A DNA stretch of 53,861 bases, counting the filler, from Sluysia triapertura (Eukaryota), in NCBI GenBank assembly GCA_046118255.1. It is 4 parts of 4 records of this genome, joined end to end, with 100 filler letters (N's around TTAATTAATTAA, not from the genome) between each part and the next. Parts side by side here need not be neighbours in the genome. Positions count along the whole stretch, not along the records: positions 40,836 to 53,861 come from JBJNIA010065077.1; 3 more parts are not named here. One strand, written 5' to 3'. Made by a program: the position numbers and the translations under genes. A model generated the notes under the pieces. That model was not told the origin of the DNA, ran no database searches, and was given only the letters and a program-made list of their open reading frames with translations. Each line of letters opens with the position of its first letter. Position 1 is the stretch's first letter. This document shows, one piece after another, positions 52,592-53,861 of this stretch.

Positions 52592-53861
52592 ATTTTAAAC
52601 TACACTTATTTTTAGTAAAAATAAATCTGTCTAATGTTTACCTTTGCTTGTTCTTAATGTTTAAAGAAGCAAATCTAATGTATTTAACTAAATTTTGTAT
52701 AACAATAGATCATATTCTTCTACTATAATTATTTTTAAAGAGATGAGTTTAAATTATTTAATAACGAGTACAATCATACTACACTTATTAAAATTTAAGA
52801 AATTAAACGTATACCACCACAATAAAAATCATTTCTATGATTACATTTTATGATTTTATATTGTTAAAATTTTATGTGAGAAAATTATATTATTATTATT
52901 ATTATTATTAAAGTACACAAAAAGTATTAAATATTAAAAAATAAAAATATAAAAAAGATAATTAAGAAAAATAATTTTGTTTAAAAAATTAAATGTTTAT
53001 TTTGTTTACAATTATTAATTTAGTTTTAGAAAAATTTTGAATATTTTAGGAACAAAGAATAATTATTTAATTTTAGGAATAAAGAAAAAATATTAAAAAT
53101 AATATTTTAGAATTAAAGAAGACAAAGGAAATAATTGTTGAAGAAAACAAAGAAAATAATTAAATATTTAGGTAAGCGAATAACATTTAGTATAAATAGA
53201 TTAGGAGTTAGTGAACAATACACACAAATAACAATTGCAACAACAGTTTTAGATTAATCCAGATTCCTGAGCTTCATGATGAACAAAAATTCTTCTTTGA
53301 TTTTAAAGTAAATTTTTATTTGTAAGTTTTGTATTCAGCCTAAGCGGGAATACCAAAATCTAACTTAAAATCTTTGTTTATTTTCGTACCAACACCTTAA
53401 ATGGGTAATTTGAAACTAAATTTCTAATGATCAATCATGAATTGAATTATATCTAATGTTACTATTGCTGCTATACTTGTCTACGAATTGTACCAAAGTT
53501 TTAACGTTTTATAATAGTTTTTAGTTTGAAAAGTTAATATAAAGCATTTCGATTTCGTTACTTTGAATCTAAAATACTAGTTTGTGCAACTTACTAAGTT
53601 ATTAATTAAAATCCCTATTTTATGACAACACCTTAATAAAAGGGTTGTGTAATTTAGTAAAATCTTAAACCTAAAAAGATTGATTCTAGCTTATTAAGTT
53701 GCATTTGCCTGCGATTTAAGTTAATATAAATTTTAATTGTAAAATTCTAATAATACGTCTCCAATAGTGGTATAAAGCGTACATATTAGGTGGACCGATC
53801 CCTCAGGTAATTTGCTATTAGGTGTAACATATTAAAAACACTAGAAATATATATATATATA

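Overview
Very AT-rich, intron-containing eukaryotic genomic DNA. It is almost certainly metazoan, because it carries a semaphorin-5 gene. There are four 100-bp assembly gaps, three of them with an artificial TTAATTAATTAA linker. Most ORFs in the supplied track are spurious, and the real genes are spliced, with introns as short as about 39-42 nt. The best-supported gene is not in the ORF track: five in-phase minus-strand exons (31921-38126) encode TSP1 repeats 4-7 and the transmembrane helix of a Semaphorin-5 orthologue. Its Sema/PSI half was not found in the window. Other coding candidates are an orphan with a 72-bp (24-aa) acidic repeat, an intronless type-I membrane protein, two in-phase coiled-coil exons, and a disrupted CCCH zinc-finger gene that may be Regnase-like. 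The rest is mostly transposon remnants: Tc3-like, IS630/Tc1-like (two copies), plant-type DD39D mariner, piggyBac-like and hAT-like MITEs, and L2-type LINE pieces. The most unusual unexplained signals are (i) two diverged copies of a ~55-60-nt element (49389-49444 and 50455-50513) with four compensatory base-pair changes, a shared bulged A and a length-compensated second helix, which points to a conserved H-type pseudoknot; (ii) an array of five AGGTTC-loop-GAACCT hairpins; and (iii) a dispersed repeat carrying heat-shock-element arrays plus a CCAAT box. All translations and alignments were done by eye, with no database searches.
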